A DNA stretch of 62,601 bases, filler included. It is 5 parts of 5 records of this genome, joined end to end, with 100 filler letters (N's around TTAATTAATTAA, not from the genome) between each part and the next. Parts side by side here need not be neighbours in the genome. Positions count along the whole stretch, not along the records: positions 1 to 9,483 come from DRR378314_1431; positions 9,584 to 16,332 come from DRR378314_1439; 3 more parts are not named here. The stretch is one strand, 5' to 3'. Below are positions 1-9,989 of the stretch, one piece after another (positions within the stretch are counted from its first letter, which is position 1; each line of letters opens with the position of its first letter). Under the pieces are notes generated by a model. That model searched no databases. It saw only the letters and a program-made list of their open reading frames with translations, and was not told the origin of the DNA. Both the position numbers and the translations under genes were made by a program.

Positions 1-681
1 AGCTTCCGTTTTACCTGATATTTTAACACCGTGCTCGGCGACAAGTTCCAGCAGTGGATTCGTGCTAACACTTGGCTGGTTGCTGATCACTAAATGTTGA
101 CCACGCAAATCACTGACTTCAACCACCTCACGCGTGGCTAGCTCAAGCTTGTCAGGCACCAGCGCCACGGCTTCTGTCACCAGTAGTGTTTCTGTTAAGA
201 GTTGAGGAGACGTCGCTGGTAATGTGATAAAGCCGATATCCGCATGGCTTGATTCCACCGCCGTTTGTACATCGTGGCTCGACATCATGTCCAAACTAAT
301 ACTTATCCGACTATTTTCAGCTAGTAGCGCAGCGACTACCTGGGGCACAAAGCCAAAACATAGCCCGGGAATAGCGGCGATTCTCAAGCGTGATGTGCCG
401 AACTCCTTAAGCGCCAACACACTATGGCGTAGCTCTTCAATATTGCCCATCAGCCTGAGAATCTCATCGTACAGCTCGCGTGCCTCAGGCGTTGCTAGCA
501 AGCGGTTTTTTTCACGTAGAAAGAGCTGGATCCCCAGGTTCTCTTCAAGCTGCGCCAGCGAACGACTCACTCCCGATTGCGTCATGCCAAGCAGGCGTGC
601 CGTCCCTGAAGCGCTACCTACTTCGTACAGCGTCTTGAAAGTTGCTAATGCTTTCAACGAGTTAATGGTGACTTCAGGCAT
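1..681 (-). CDS. LysR-family transcriptional regulator (3' end truncated by window edge)
   Basis: Not in the ORF track because it has no stop. Manual translation from ATG at 681 gives MPEVTINSLKALATFKTLYEVGSASGTARLLGMTQSGVSRSLAQLEENLGIQLFLREKNRLLATPEA, a classic LysR HTH. Divergent from the operon at 789. Confidence 0.93.
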   Translation of the reverse strand, partial: MPEVTINSLKALATFKTLYEVGSASGTARLLGMTQSGVSRSLAQLEENLGIQLFLREKNRLLATPEARELYDEILRLMGNIEELRHSVLALKEFGTSRLRIAAIPGLCFGFVPQVVAALLAENSRISISLDMMSSHDVQTAVESSHADIGFITLPATSPQLLTETLLVTEAVALVPDKLELATREVVEVSDLRGQHLVISNQPSVSTNPLLELVAEHGVKISGKTEA

Positions 682-788
682 GACTTTTACTCATTGATAT
701 TCGAAAAACGATCATATATTGAAATATAGTAACAAGCCTACCTAGACTGCAAGGGAGATTTTTCACCACACCATAAAAAACGGAAAAC

Positions 789-2159
789 GTGATGACCGAC
801 TCTCCGCTGTTCTACCAGGCAGGTCCTGCCCTGCCGGAAGTCAGCCACGCTGATGGCGTTATGCTCTGGGATACCCAGGGCAAGGATTATCTGGATGGCT
901 GCTCTGGGGCTATTTCCTGCAACCTTGGTCATGGCCGACAGGATATTCGTGACGCCATGCTCGCCCAGATGGATAAGGTGGCCTTCACCTACCGCACCCA
1001 GTTTGAAAGCGCCCCCGCCGTTGCGCTTGGCCATCGGCTAGTCGAGCTATTTGAGGGTGAACTCGGCAAGGTGTTTTTCATTTCCAGCGGTTCCGAGGCA
1101 GTGGAGTCGGCCCTCAAGCTGGCGAGGCAATACTTTTTCGCCCTTGGCCAGCCTCAGCGCCAGCGCTTTGTATCGCTGCGTCCGTCTTATCATGGCAGCA
1201 CCATGGGGGCACTGGGCATGACCGGCTATCAGCCGCTGGAAGCGCCCTTCACCAGCATGACCCATGCGTCTATCAAAGTACCGGGGCCGGATTTCTATCG
1301 TCATCAAGAGTGTGATGATGACACCCACGTTGACCGCATTCTGGCAGAGACCCGCGCCGCCATGGAAGCCGCTGGTCCTGACTCACTAATTGGTTTTGTC
1401 ATCGAGCCAATCGGCGGTGCCAGTACCGGTGCACGACTGTTAGGCAAACGCTATCTGCAAGGCATTCGTGCCTTATGCGATGAATTCGGCTGCTTGCTGA
1501 TTGCCGATGAAGTACTCACCGGCGTGGGCCGAACTGGCACTTGGTTTGCCTGCCAGCATTACGACGTGGTGCCGGACATCCTGGTCACCGCTAAGGGATT
1601 GGGCGCGGGCTACTACCCCATTGGCGCGCTGCTCGCCCGCAGCGCTATCGTCGAAACGGTCATGGCCAGCGGCGGCTTCCAACACGGCCACACCTATGCA
1701 GGCAACCCTTTGGCCTGCGCTACCGGCCTGGCCGTGCTTGAGGCCATTGTGCGCGAAGATTTGCTGGAAAATACCCGCCAGCGTGGCGCGCAGCTGGAAG
1801 CAGGGCTGAGCAGGCTTGCCGAGCGCTACGACTGGGTCGGCCATGTGCGCGGTGCTGGCCTGTTATGGGGCGTCGAACTGGTCGCCGATGGCGAATCGCG
1901 CCAGCCTTTCCCTGCCGAGCAAAACCGCTTCGCCCAAATCACCGCATTGGCCAAACAGGAAGGCCTGCTGATCTACCCTCGCCGCACTCTGGATGGCGTG
2001 GCCGGTGATCATTTCCTGGTCTGCCCGCCGCTGACTATTCAGCCCGAGGAAGTCGACACTCTGCTGGAACGCTTAGCGCGTGCCATGGTGCGTTTTGATC
2101 AAGCGCTTACCGCCCCTGATTTGCCCCCACAACCTTCCCGGGAGCGCTTAACACCATGA
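789..2159 (+). CDS. Class III PLP-dependent (omega/beta-amino acid) aminotransferase
   Basis: Motifs YLDGCSG, SSGSEAVE, SYHGST, IADEVLTGVGRTG, PDILVTAKGLGAG (PLP Lys) and HGHTYAGNP. Start may be ATG 792. Confidence 0.93.
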   Translation: MMTDSPLFYQAGPALPEVSHADGVMLWDTQGKDYLDGCSGAISCNLGHGRQDIRDAMLAQMDKVAFTYRTQFESAPAVALGHRLVELFEGELGKVFFISSGSEAVESALKLARQYFFALGQPQRQRFVSLRPSYHGSTMGALGMTGYQPLEAPFTSMTHASIKVPGPDFYRHQECDDDTHVDRILAETRAAMEAAGPDSLIGFVIEPIGGASTGARLLGKRYLQGIRALCDEFGCLLIADEVLTGVGRTGTWFACQHYDVVPDILVTAKGLGAGYYPIGALLARSAIVETVMASGGFQHGHTYAGNPLACATGLAVLEAIVREDLLENTRQRGAQLEAGLSRLAERYDWVGHVRGAGLLWGVELVADGESRQPFPAEQNRFAQITALAKQEGLLIYPRRTLDGVAGDHFLVCPPLTIQPEEVDTLLERLARAMVRFDQALTAPDLPPQPSRERLTP

Positions 2160-2857
2160 CGCTGCTAAACCACAAAAGCTGTGATATTGACGCGGCTATC
2201 GCCGAGATTCCCGATGGCGCGACCATCATGGTGGGCGGCTTTGGCTCGCCGGGCACGCCCTTTGCGTTGCTCGACGCTCTGCTCGCCAGCGGTCAACGCA
2301 ACCTGACGCTGATTAAAAACGATGCCAATGAACCCGGTATCGGTATCGGCAAGCTCATTGAGGCAGGCCGTGTAAAGCGCTTGATCACCTCTCACTTAGG
2401 CCTCAACCGAACAGCCATTGACGCCATGAATGCTGGTGAGATGGAGGTCATTTTTCATCCTCAGGGGCTGTTGGCTGAAAAAATCCGCTGTGCAGGCGTT
2501 GGCCATGGCGGCTTTCTTACCGATATCGGCATCGGTACGGAAATCGCCGAAGGCCGTCGAGAAATCAGTGTGGAAGGTTGCACCTGGGCGATTGAGCCTG
2601 CCTTACAGGCTGATGTTGCGCTAATTCATGCTGAGCGAGCCGACCGCTACGGCAACCTGATCTATCGCGCCACAGCCAGCAATTTCAACCCCTTAATGGC
2701 CATGGCTGCCGAGCGGGTGATTGCCCAAACCTACCGTATCGACCAACCCGGCGACCTGCCTATCGACACCATTCATACGCCTTGTGCCTTTGTCAGTCAT
2801 GTGGTGCAGGTCGACCGCGCGTCCAGCCAGCAAGGAGTTCGCCCCCATGCTTTCTGA
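2156..2857 (+). CDS. 3-oxoacid CoA-transferase subunit A
   Basis: DGATIMVGGFGSPGTP, PQGLLAEKIR, ADRYGNL and NFNPLMAMAA motifs. 4-bp overlap with the upstream gene. Confidence 0.92.
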   Translation: MTLLNHKSCDIDAAIAEIPDGATIMVGGFGSPGTPFALLDALLASGQRNLTLIKNDANEPGIGIGKLIEAGRVKRLITSHLGLNRTAIDAMNAGEMEVIFHPQGLLAEKIRCAGVGHGGFLTDIGIGTEIAEGRREISVEGCTWAIEPALQADVALIHAERADRYGNLIYRATASNFNPLMAMAAERVIAQTYRIDQPGDLPIDTIHTPCAFVSHVVQVDRASSQQGVRPHAF

Positions 2858-3500
2858 TCAGCAGCGTATGTTGACCCGCGCCGCCCGTGAAGTCATCGAC
2901 GGCCAGATCGTCAACCTGGGGATCGGGCTGCCAACACGGCTGTTCCACTACCTGCCCGATGATATGAATGTCCTGGTGCATTCCGAAAACGGCGTGCTGG
3001 GCTGCCGCCCCCGCCAAGCAGGCGAAGCGCTCGATATCGACATGATTGACTCCGGCGGTGCGTATATCACCACCCGCGCGGGGGCTAGCGTGTTCGATAG
3101 CGCCACGTCCTTTGCAATGATCCGCCGCAGTCGCGTGGACGTTACCTTTATGGGCGCCTTCGAGGTGGATCAGGAAGGCAACCTGGCCAATTGGAAAATT
3201 CCTGGCAAATTCTCACCGGGCATTGGCGGTGCCATGGAGCTGGCCCAGAAAGTCGCCCGACTGGTGGTGCTGTGCTCCCACAACGATAAGCACGGCAACC
3301 CCAAGATCCTCACCCGCTGCCAGTTACCGCTGACCGCCAGCCGCTGTATTTCCCGCATTATCACTGAGAAAGCCGTGATGGATGTGACCCCGGAAGGACT
3401 TGAGGTAGTAGAAATCGCCGAAGGGCTGAGCGTTGAAGCGCTGCGCGAAGCGACCGACGCCCCCCTGCTGATTGATGAATCACGTTTAGGGAGATTCTGA
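2847..3500 (+). CDS. 3-oxoacid CoA-transferase subunit B
   Basis: VNLGIGLPT, SENG (catalytic Glu), GNLANW and GGAMEL motifs. Start set at ATG 2847 after an AAGGAG RBS. Confidence 0.92.
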   Translation: MLSDQQRMLTRAAREVIDGQIVNLGIGLPTRLFHYLPDDMNVLVHSENGVLGCRPRQAGEALDIDMIDSGGAYITTRAGASVFDSATSFAMIRRSRVDVTFMGAFEVDQEGNLANWKIPGKFSPGIGGAMELAQKVARLVVLCSHNDKHGNPKILTRCQLPLTASRCISRIITEKAVMDVTPEGLEVVEIAEGLSVEALREATDAPLLIDESRLGRF

Positions 3501-4783
3501 TGCTCGACGCCACCGAACAACGCATCATTGCCTGCTGCAATGCCTTGATGGATGACACCCTGGAACTGACCAGTGACCTGGTGCGGGGCTATAGCGTCCT
3601 TGGCCAGGAACAGAGTGCGCTGGACACCATGGAGCGCCACCTTGAGCGCCTGGGCCTGCCAGTGACCCGTGTGCCATTGGATGCCCCCGGCTTTGAGGAG
3701 CACCCCCATCGTGCTCCCACCGAATGGCCCAGCACTGGCCGCTATAACGTCATTTCAGACCTTAACCCCGGCGCGCCAGGGCCACATTTAGTGTTCAACG
3801 GCCATCTCGATGTGGTACCTGCCGAGCCCATCGATATGTGGACCCGCCCACCCTGGGAGCCGTGGCAAAAAGATGGCTGGCTGTATGGCCGTGGCGCAGG
3901 TGATATGAAGGCGGGGATTGCCGCCATGGTGATGGCGGTTGAGGCCGTACGCCAGGCAGGCGTCGAGATCAACTTCCCGCTCACCCTGCAAACCGTCATT
4001 GAAGAAGAGTGCACCGGCAACGGCGCGCTGGCTTGCCTGCACCAAGGTTTTAGCGGCGATTTCGTACTGATCCCGGAACCTTTCGGCGCTCAGATCTACG
4101 CTGGTCAAGTGGGAGTGCTTTGGTTTCGAATGCGCCTGGATGGCGTGCCCGCCCATGTGCTTGACCCCAGCGCGGGGCGCAATGCGATTGAAGCCCTGCA
4201 GGACTATCTGCCCGCGCTAAAAGCGCTGGAAGCCGAAATAAATGATTTACCCCGGCCTGCGCTGTACGTCGACCATCCTCACCCATTCAACCTTAGCGTT
4301 GGCCGTGTAGATGCGGGCAACTGGGCCTCCAGCGTACCGGCCCACGCCATTCTGGAAGGGCGTGTTGGCTTCCCGCCCGGCATGTCACCGGAGGAGGCCA
4401 TGCAGCGGGTCCGCGACACCCTGATGAGCCGCCATGCCGAGCTTGACGACGCGACACCTCCACCCAAGATCAGCTTCCATGGCTTTCGCTCCGAAGGGCA
4501 TGTGGTCGATCTCGACACCCCTGGTATCCGGCTTCTCTCGGAGTGCCACGAAGCCTTATTAGGCGAACCACCTGCCCACTATCTGTCCACCTGCACCACT
4601 GACCTAAGGGCCTTCCACGTTTCCGGCGAGATCAACGGCACCTGCTACGGCCCGATTGCTCAGCGCATTCACGGTGTAGACGAGTGCGTCAACATCGACT
4701 CGATCCGCCACGTGCTAACCACCTATGCCCTGTTCATCCATCGTTGGGCGCGCATGGCAGACAACCAGGAGACCCACTCATGA
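3500..4783 (+). CDS. ArgE/DapE-family (M20) metallo-deacylase
   Basis: FNGHLDVVP, GRGAGDMKAG, IEEECTGNG and IHGVDE motifs. Confidence 0.9.
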   Translation: MLDATEQRIIACCNALMDDTLELTSDLVRGYSVLGQEQSALDTMERHLERLGLPVTRVPLDAPGFEEHPHRAPTEWPSTGRYNVISDLNPGAPGPHLVFNGHLDVVPAEPIDMWTRPPWEPWQKDGWLYGRGAGDMKAGIAAMVMAVEAVRQAGVEINFPLTLQTVIEEECTGNGALACLHQGFSGDFVLIPEPFGAQIYAGQVGVLWFRMRLDGVPAHVLDPSAGRNAIEALQDYLPALKALEAEINDLPRPALYVDHPHPFNLSVGRVDAGNWASSVPAHAILEGRVGFPPGMSPEEAMQRVRDTLMSRHAELDDATPPPKISFHGFRSEGHVVDLDTPGIRLLSECHEALLGEPPAHYLSTCTTDLRAFHVSGEINGTCYGPIAQRIHGVDECVNIDSIRHVLTTYALFIHRWARMADNQETHS

Positions 4784-5967
4784 GAGACGTGTATCTCGCC
4801 GACTATGCACGTAGCGCCTTCAGCCGCGCGCACCCCCGCAAACCCGAGGTCGATGCCTGGGCCGATACCCGCAGCGATGCCCTGCTAGCCAGCGTGCTCG
4901 ATGGCTTATTAGCACGTAGCGGCGTTGATGGCGCGGCGGTGGAAGATGTGAGCATTGGCTGCGCCCTGCCAGTAAAAGAGCAGTGGAGCTTTGGTGGGCG
5001 TTACCCGCTGTGGCTTGCCGAGCGTTTCGGCCCCCTGGGCGAGGCATGTGCTACCCGCCAAATTGATCAGCAATGCGGCTCGGGACTTGCCGCGCTGCGC
5101 AACACCGCACGGGAGATTCAGGCGGGCGCGGTTGAGGTTGGCATGGCCGGCGGCGTGGAAAACATGACCCGCGTGCCCATGGGCCCGGCACTGTTTAAGG
5201 AAGGCGTGCTGACCAGCCCTCAAGCGCTGCAAAAAGCCGACTGGCTGGCGCTCGACGTGGTGCTCAACATGGGGCTGACTGCCGAACGACTGGCCAAGGC
5301 TGCCGGTATTTCGCGTGAGGCGATGGATGCACTCGCCCTCAGTTCCCACCAGCGTGCCGCCAAGGCCAACGCAGCAGGTCACTTTGACGCTGAGCGTTTG
5401 ACTCTGAACAACGCGGCAGGCGAACCGGTCAGCGCGGACAGCAACATCCGCGCGGATACCAGCGCTGAGCGCCTGGCGGGGCTGGACCCGGCATTTATGC
5501 AAGGCGGCGTAGTGACTGCAGGCAACAGCTCGCCGCTAACCTCTGGTGCCGCCGCCACGCTACTGATGTCTGAATCTGCCCTGCGCCAGCACGGCATTAG
5601 CCCCTTGGCACGCGTTGTGGCCATCGCCGACTGCGGTGTCAAGCCAGAGGAGATGGGCGCCGGTGCCGCCGCCGCCATTCGCCGCGCACTGAAACAGGCC
5701 CTGCTGACACCGCAGGATATCGACGTATGGGAAATCAACGAAGCCTTCGCTGCGGTGCCGCTGCATGCCATGGGTGAGCTTTCGATTGACCCTGAGAGCG
5801 TCAATATCTGGGGTGGCGCCATGGCGCTGGGGCACCCGTTAGGCGCGACCGGCATCCGCCTCGCTGGCACGCTTAGCCGACTTCTTCACTCCCGCCAGCA
5901 ACGCTATGGCTGCGCGGCGGCCTGCATTGGCGGTGGGCAAGGCATCGCCATCATTTTAGAACGCTAA
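4780..5967 (+). CDS. Acetyl-CoA C-acyltransferase (thiolase)
   Basis: QQCGSGL (catalytic Cys), EINEAFA, GHPLGATG and CIGGGQG motifs. ATGA overlap with the deacylase stop. Confidence 0.93.
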   Translation: MRDVYLADYARSAFSRAHPRKPEVDAWADTRSDALLASVLDGLLARSGVDGAAVEDVSIGCALPVKEQWSFGGRYPLWLAERFGPLGEACATRQIDQQCGSGLAALRNTAREIQAGAVEVGMAGGVENMTRVPMGPALFKEGVLTSPQALQKADWLALDVVLNMGLTAERLAKAAGISREAMDALALSSHQRAAKANAAGHFDAERLTLNNAAGEPVSADSNIRADTSAERLAGLDPAFMQGGVVTAGNSSPLTSGAAATLLMSESALRQHGISPLARVVAIADCGVKPEEMGAGAAAAIRRALKQALLTPQDIDVWEINEAFAAVPLHAMGELSIDPESVNIWGGAMALGHPLGATGIRLAGTLSRLLHSRQQRYGCAAACIGGGQGIAIILER

Positions 5968-6029
5968 AGCCACTAGATGCCGTTTAACCAAGCGGCAAAC
6001 AACACTAACTCCTTATAAGGAGAATAATA

Positions 6030-7496
6030 ATGTCAACAACAACGAACGACGAAAACAAACGACCCTCGTTTTGGAGCGCCATCATTGGCATCGGTTTCTT
6101 ATGCTTCATGATGTTTGCGCAGATCTTTTTACTGGGTGAAGACTGGGTCACCCATATTTCGCTGATCTTTGCCATTGTGGTCTGCGCCATCATCGCGCTG
6201 TATTCCGGCTTCAGCTGGCAGGATGTTCAGAAAGGCATTCTATATGGCTGCGAAATCGCCATGCTGCCGATGCTGATCTTAATGATGGTCGGCGTATTAG
6301 TCGCCAGTTGGATTGCCTCCGGCACGATTCCCTCGCTGATCTATTATGGCCTTCAACTGATCAACCCCTCCTATTTCCTGGTCACGGCTGTCATCGTGTG
6401 TGCCGTTGCATCACTGGTCACCGGCAGCTCATGGACCACCGCCGCCACCTTCGGCGTAGCCTTTATCGGCATCGGCAGCGGTCTGGATATTTCTCCGGCG
6501 ATGACCGCGGGCGCAGTTATTTCCGGTGCTATCTTCGGTGACAAGATTTCACCGGTATCAGACTCCACCAACCTCGCTGCCGGGGTTGCCGAGGCCAACC
6601 TGTTCGACCACATCCGTTCGATGTTCTACACCACCGGCCCGGCACTCATCATTACCATTATTCTGTTCTTCTTTATCGGCATGCAGTTTGACGGCGAAGG
6701 AGCTGATATTTCCCGCACCGCTGAACTGCTAGCGGGCATTAGCGATAATTTCTCAGTGGGATTGCTCGCCTTCCTGCCCCCATTAGTGGTGGTTGTTTTG
6801 GCCTATCGGCGCATCAATGCCCTGGCAGTCATGGTCATTGGCAGCCTACTAGGGGCGGGACTTGCCGTCGCTACTCAAGGTGTCGGGCTGGGCAGCATGA
6901 TGAATTACATGAACTACGGCTATGTCTCGGAAACCGGCGTTGAAGCCGTCGATAGCCTACTTAGCCGTGGCGGCCTGCAAGGCATGATGTGGACGATCTC
7001 GCTGGGCTTTATCGGGCTTAGCCTGGGTGGCCTGCTGGAGAAGACCCGTATGCTCGAAGTGCTCTTGGAAAAGATGGGCAAACTGGTCAGTAATTCACGC
7101 GGACTCATCGTTACCCATGTGCTCTCGTCATTAGCCACCAACCTGTTCTCGGCCAGCCAGTATATTGCCATTATTATTCCGGGCCGCATGTTCGTACCCG
7201 CCTACCGCAAACTCAAAATTCTGCCATCGGTATGTTCGCGCACCTGTGAGGACTCGGCCACGGTTACTTCGCCGCTAGTTCCTTGGGGGCTAGGCGGTGC
7301 TTACTACATGGGCGTGCTGGATGTCTCTGCGTGGGACTACATGGGTTGGACCTTCCTCGCCATTATCACTCCCGTGATTGCCATTGTGTACGGCCTGTTC
7401 AATATCTGCATTTGGCGTGAAGGCGAGCGTAACGACGTCAACACCTATAACCAGCCATACACCGAAAGTCTGCCGCAAGCCGAGCTAGCGAAGTAG
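6030..7496 (+). CDS. NhaC-family membrane transporter (probable amino-acid/organic solute carrier)
   Basis: Multi-TM protein with GSSWTT, AGAVISGAIFGDKISPVSDSTNLA, RGG and SRTCEDSATV..PLVPW motifs. AAGGAG RBS. Confidence 0.88.
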   Translation: MSTTTNDENKRPSFWSAIIGIGFLCFMMFAQIFLLGEDWVTHISLIFAIVVCAIIALYSGFSWQDVQKGILYGCEIAMLPMLILMMVGVLVASWIASGTIPSLIYYGLQLINPSYFLVTAVIVCAVASLVTGSSWTTAATFGVAFIGIGSGLDISPAMTAGAVISGAIFGDKISPVSDSTNLAAGVAEANLFDHIRSMFYTTGPALIITIILFFFIGMQFDGEGADISRTAELLAGISDNFSVGLLAFLPPLVVVVLAYRRINALAVMVIGSLLGAGLAVATQGVGLGSMMNYMNYGYVSETGVEAVDSLLSRGGLQGMMWTISLGFIGLSLGGLLEKTRMLEVLLEKMGKLVSNSRGLIVTHVLSSLATNLFSASQYIAIIIPGRMFVPAYRKLKILPSVCSRTCEDSATVTSPLVPWGLGGAYYMGVLDVSAWDYMGWTFLAIITPVIAIVYGLFNICIWREGERNDVNTYNQPYTESLPQAELAK

Positions 7497-7581
7497 ATCG
7501 CCACCTACCAGACCAATACGTGGTTAGAGGCGGCCGAGTTGTCGCCTCGCATCACTGCCTATCAACCTGAGGGCACTCATT

Positions 7582-7986
7582 ATGTATAAGAATATTCTAA
7601 TCACAACGGCGGCAGACAATAACTCCAATATCCTGCAAAAAATCGAAGTGGCGCGTAAGCTGGCAGACAAAGACAGCACCATACAGATCATTTCGGTAAT
7701 GGAGCGTATTCCCCCTTATATCGCACCATCACTGCCCAGTGATTACCGCGAAACCACCGCGCAGCGCATTAAGGACGGTATTCGTAAGAAAATTGGCGAC
7801 GAGCACTACGAGATTCATGTTGTGGAAGGCAATGCTGCCCATCAGGTGGTTAAATTTGCCAAACGCAACAATGTCGACTGCATCATTATTTCCTCGAACC
7901 GCCCCGGCTTTCCCGACCACTTTATGGGCTCCACCGCCCTCAATGTTGTACGCCAGGCAGCGTGCACGGTGACGGTGGTTCGGTAG
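7582..7986 (+). CDS. Universal stress protein
   Basis: MYKNILI at the N-terminus, then EGNAAHQVVKFA, DCIIISS and FMGSTALNVVRQAACTVTVVR. Confidence 0.9.
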   Translation: MYKNILITTAADNNSNILQKIEVARKLADKDSTIQIISVMERIPPYIAPSLPSDYRETTAQRIKDGIRKKIGDEHYEIHVVEGNAAHQVVKFAKRNNVDCIIISSNRPGFPDHFMGSTALNVVRQAACTVTVVR

Positions 7987-8012
7987 ACCGGTTATTCGAT
8001 CAGCGGCGCAAG

Positions 8013-8312
8013 TTACCTATCCAACGCCGAGCCGGAAAAATCGTTAACCGGCCACTGAGTGGCCCATTGACGTTTTCGGCTTGGCGTTTGGCGCTTCAGC
8101 GCATATTCAGCGCGGCTGGCTGCGGCGCGATCTGCAAAAGGTTGCGCGCCGAGCAGTGCTATCGGTGGATTCGCTCGGGTATAGCGAGCGCCTTTACCGT
8201 CGCAGTGTGCTTGGTAACGCTTCGCTAGGTTATTGGTGATCCCTACGTAGGTGCCGCGTTTGCACTCAAGTAAGTAGAGGAACCATTGGGTATCGGTATT
8301 GATATTACTCAC
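8013..8312 (-). CDS. GIY-YIG nuclease family protein (YhbQ-like)
   Basis: [29 protein letters not shown] and AEYALK motifs. Confidence 0.88.
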   Translation of the reverse strand: MSNINTDTQWFLYLLECKRGTYVGITNNLAKRYQAHCDGKGARYTRANPPIALLGAQPFADRAAASRAEYALKRQTPSRKRQWATQWPVNDFSGSALDR

Positions 8313-8778
8313 CGCAACAACTCTTTATTTTTCGACCACTACCACATAGACAGCGCTCGTTTCGCCGCGGTTTGAGGCGCTCAATGGTCGGCACGCCATC
8401 CACATACCACCAGCGCCCATCTTCAAACACAAACCGTGAGTTTTCTTCCAGCACATGCCAGCGGTTTTGTTCACGGAAATAGGCTAAAAAATGGACTGAG
8501 CCCTGAGCCTCTTTTGCTGGCGGCGCCGCCACAATCGTGAGCGCTTTCCATTGGGTGTCCGGGTCGGGCGGTAGCTGCGTTGGCCGCGTTGATGCGTGCC
8601 AAGTGGCGAGTAGGTAATCACGGCTGTTCAACGCAAATGCCGTGTAACGTGAGCGCATTAGCGCTTCCGGCGTAGGTGCTGCTGCACCTTGGTGATATGG
8701 CTGGCAACACGCCGTAAATGCAGCACCACTGCCGCACGGGCAGTTGGCTGACGTTGAGACTGGCGTTGAAAGCGTCAT
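8305..8778 (-). CDS. ychJ: YchJ family protein (SEC-C motifs plus NTF2-like domain)
   Basis: [26 protein letters not shown] and a C-terminal [17 protein letters not shown]. Confidence 0.9.
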   Translation of the reverse strand: MTLSTPVSTSANCPCGSGAAFTACCQPYHQGAAAPTPEALMRSRYTAFALNSRDYLLATWHASTRPTQLPPDPDTQWKALTIVAAPPAKEAQGSVHFLAYFREQNRWHVLEENSRFVFEDGRWWYVDGVPTIERLKPRRNERCLCGSGRKIKSCCGE

Positions 8779-8932
8779 ATTGAAAGCTCTGTATTCTTTG
8801 GTTTATAGATTTGGTATACGTTTTGTTTCGGTATTGGCACAGAGTTAGATATAGTACCAGAGCTACATCATCAGACAGACGGAGTACGACACACGACCAA
8901 GCATTCTTTCCAAACCCAGTGGAGGTTCTCCT

Positions 8933-9244
8933 ATGAAGGTTTACAAACCCGAGTGGCAGTGCACGTTTAGCGTAAACGAAGGCGCGGTAGAATCAGCAAC
9001 CTGGAAAGAGCGAATCGCCTGGCGGCTTAGACAAATCGCCGATCGACTAGAAGGCGGTGGCCGTACGGTAAAAATCGACTACAACGTCTCCCCGCACGTT
9101 AGCCGAGACGAAGTTGATACCTGTTTGGGAAAAGGGTTTGAGGTGACTCAGCGGCTGCTGACCCAACTTGCCCGCCAACAGGCCTGCGAAGATGTGATGC
9201 GCCATGCGAAAGCAGAGCTTTACGAAGAGCAGCATCAGCACTAA
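8933..9244 (+). CDS. Hypothetical protein
   Basis: 103-aa ORF with a GGAGG RBS and a downstream terminator. No family recognised. Confidence 0.7.
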   Translation: MKVYKPEWQCTFSVNEGAVESATWKERIAWRLRQIADRLEGGGRTVKIDYNVSPHVSRDEVDTCLGKGFEVTQRLLTQLARQQACEDVMRHAKAELYEEQHQH

Positions 9245-9268
9245 TAGCCAGTCCGTAAGCGTCTCAAG

Positions 9269-9305
9269 AAAACACCCGCCTATTTAATATTGGCGGGTGT
9301 TTTTT
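9269..9305 (+). terminator. Rho-independent terminator (possibly bidirectional)
   Basis: AAAACACCCGCC-loop-GGCGGGTGTTTTTT inverted repeat with a T tract. Confidence 0.85.
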
Positions 9306-9483
9306 ATTGTGCACTATTTATACTGCGGGCTAATTAGCAACCATCATCCCGAATGGGGTGTTTCTAGCGCCTGCCCTAATCGCTGCATAAACGCCGTACA
9401 CTCATGCAACTGCGCCGTCTCAATATACTCATCGGGTTGATGCGCCTGGGCGATGCTGCCAGGGCCAAGAATTATTGTCTGCA

Positions 9484-9583
9484 NNNNNNNNNNNNNNNNN
9501 NNNNNNNNNNNNNNNNNNNNNNNNNNNTTAATTAATTAANNNNNNNNNNNNNNNNNNNNNNNNNNNNNNNNNNNNNNNNNNNN
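9484..9583. other. Artificial contig linker
   Basis: N44-TTAATTAATTAA-N44, with stops in all six frames. Confidence 0.99.
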
Positions 9584-9829
9584 CTTGATGGTCTTGTTCA
9601 GCGCGTGGCCGATGTGCAGGTGGCCGTTGGCGTAGGGCGGGCCGTCATGCAGCACGAAAGGCTGGCGGCCTTCCTTGGCGCGCAGGCGGTCATAGACGCC
9701 GATCTGCTCCCAACGTTCCAGCCATGCGGGCTCGCGCTTGGGCAGGCCTGCGCGCATGGGGAAATCGGTTTTGGGGAGGTTCAGCGTGTCTTTGTAGTCG
9801 GGCGTGACTTCGGTCTTATCGGCGCACAT
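9584..9829 (-). CDS. ileS: Isoleucine--tRNA ligase, N-terminal fragment (truncated by contig end)
   Basis: [19 protein letters not shown] and [22 protein letters not shown] (HIGH motif). Confidence 0.96.
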
Positions 9830-9919
9830 ATCGGTGGCGTCCTTTTGCATCAACGGGTCGGATTGGGGATATTCGGTTCGGTGCGATCACTCAAGCACCT
9901 TTGCCCGGCGTCTCGTCTG

Positions 9920-9982
9920 TCAGAGCGCCGGGGTCGTAATTCGAATAATGATGGCCACGCGTCGTGTTGCAGTCGGGGTCAT
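9920..9982 (-). CDS. Putative Ile-rich leader (attenuator) peptide MTPTATRRVAIIIRITTPAL
   Basis: Manual translation. Four Ile codons in five positions. The stop codon lies inside a GC hairpin (9904-9932), 90 nt upstream of ileS. Confidence 0.72.
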   Translation of the reverse strand: MTPTATRRVAIIIRITTPAL

Positions 9983-9989
9983 GAGGGCG

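Noticed and set aside
224-697. 157-aa plus-strand ORF
   Set aside because: Antisense shadow of the LysR gene.
8013-8312. GIY-YIG protein as a homing endonuclease
   Set aside because: It is a short stand-alone YhbQ-type protein coupled to ychJ, with no intron or DNA-binding extension.
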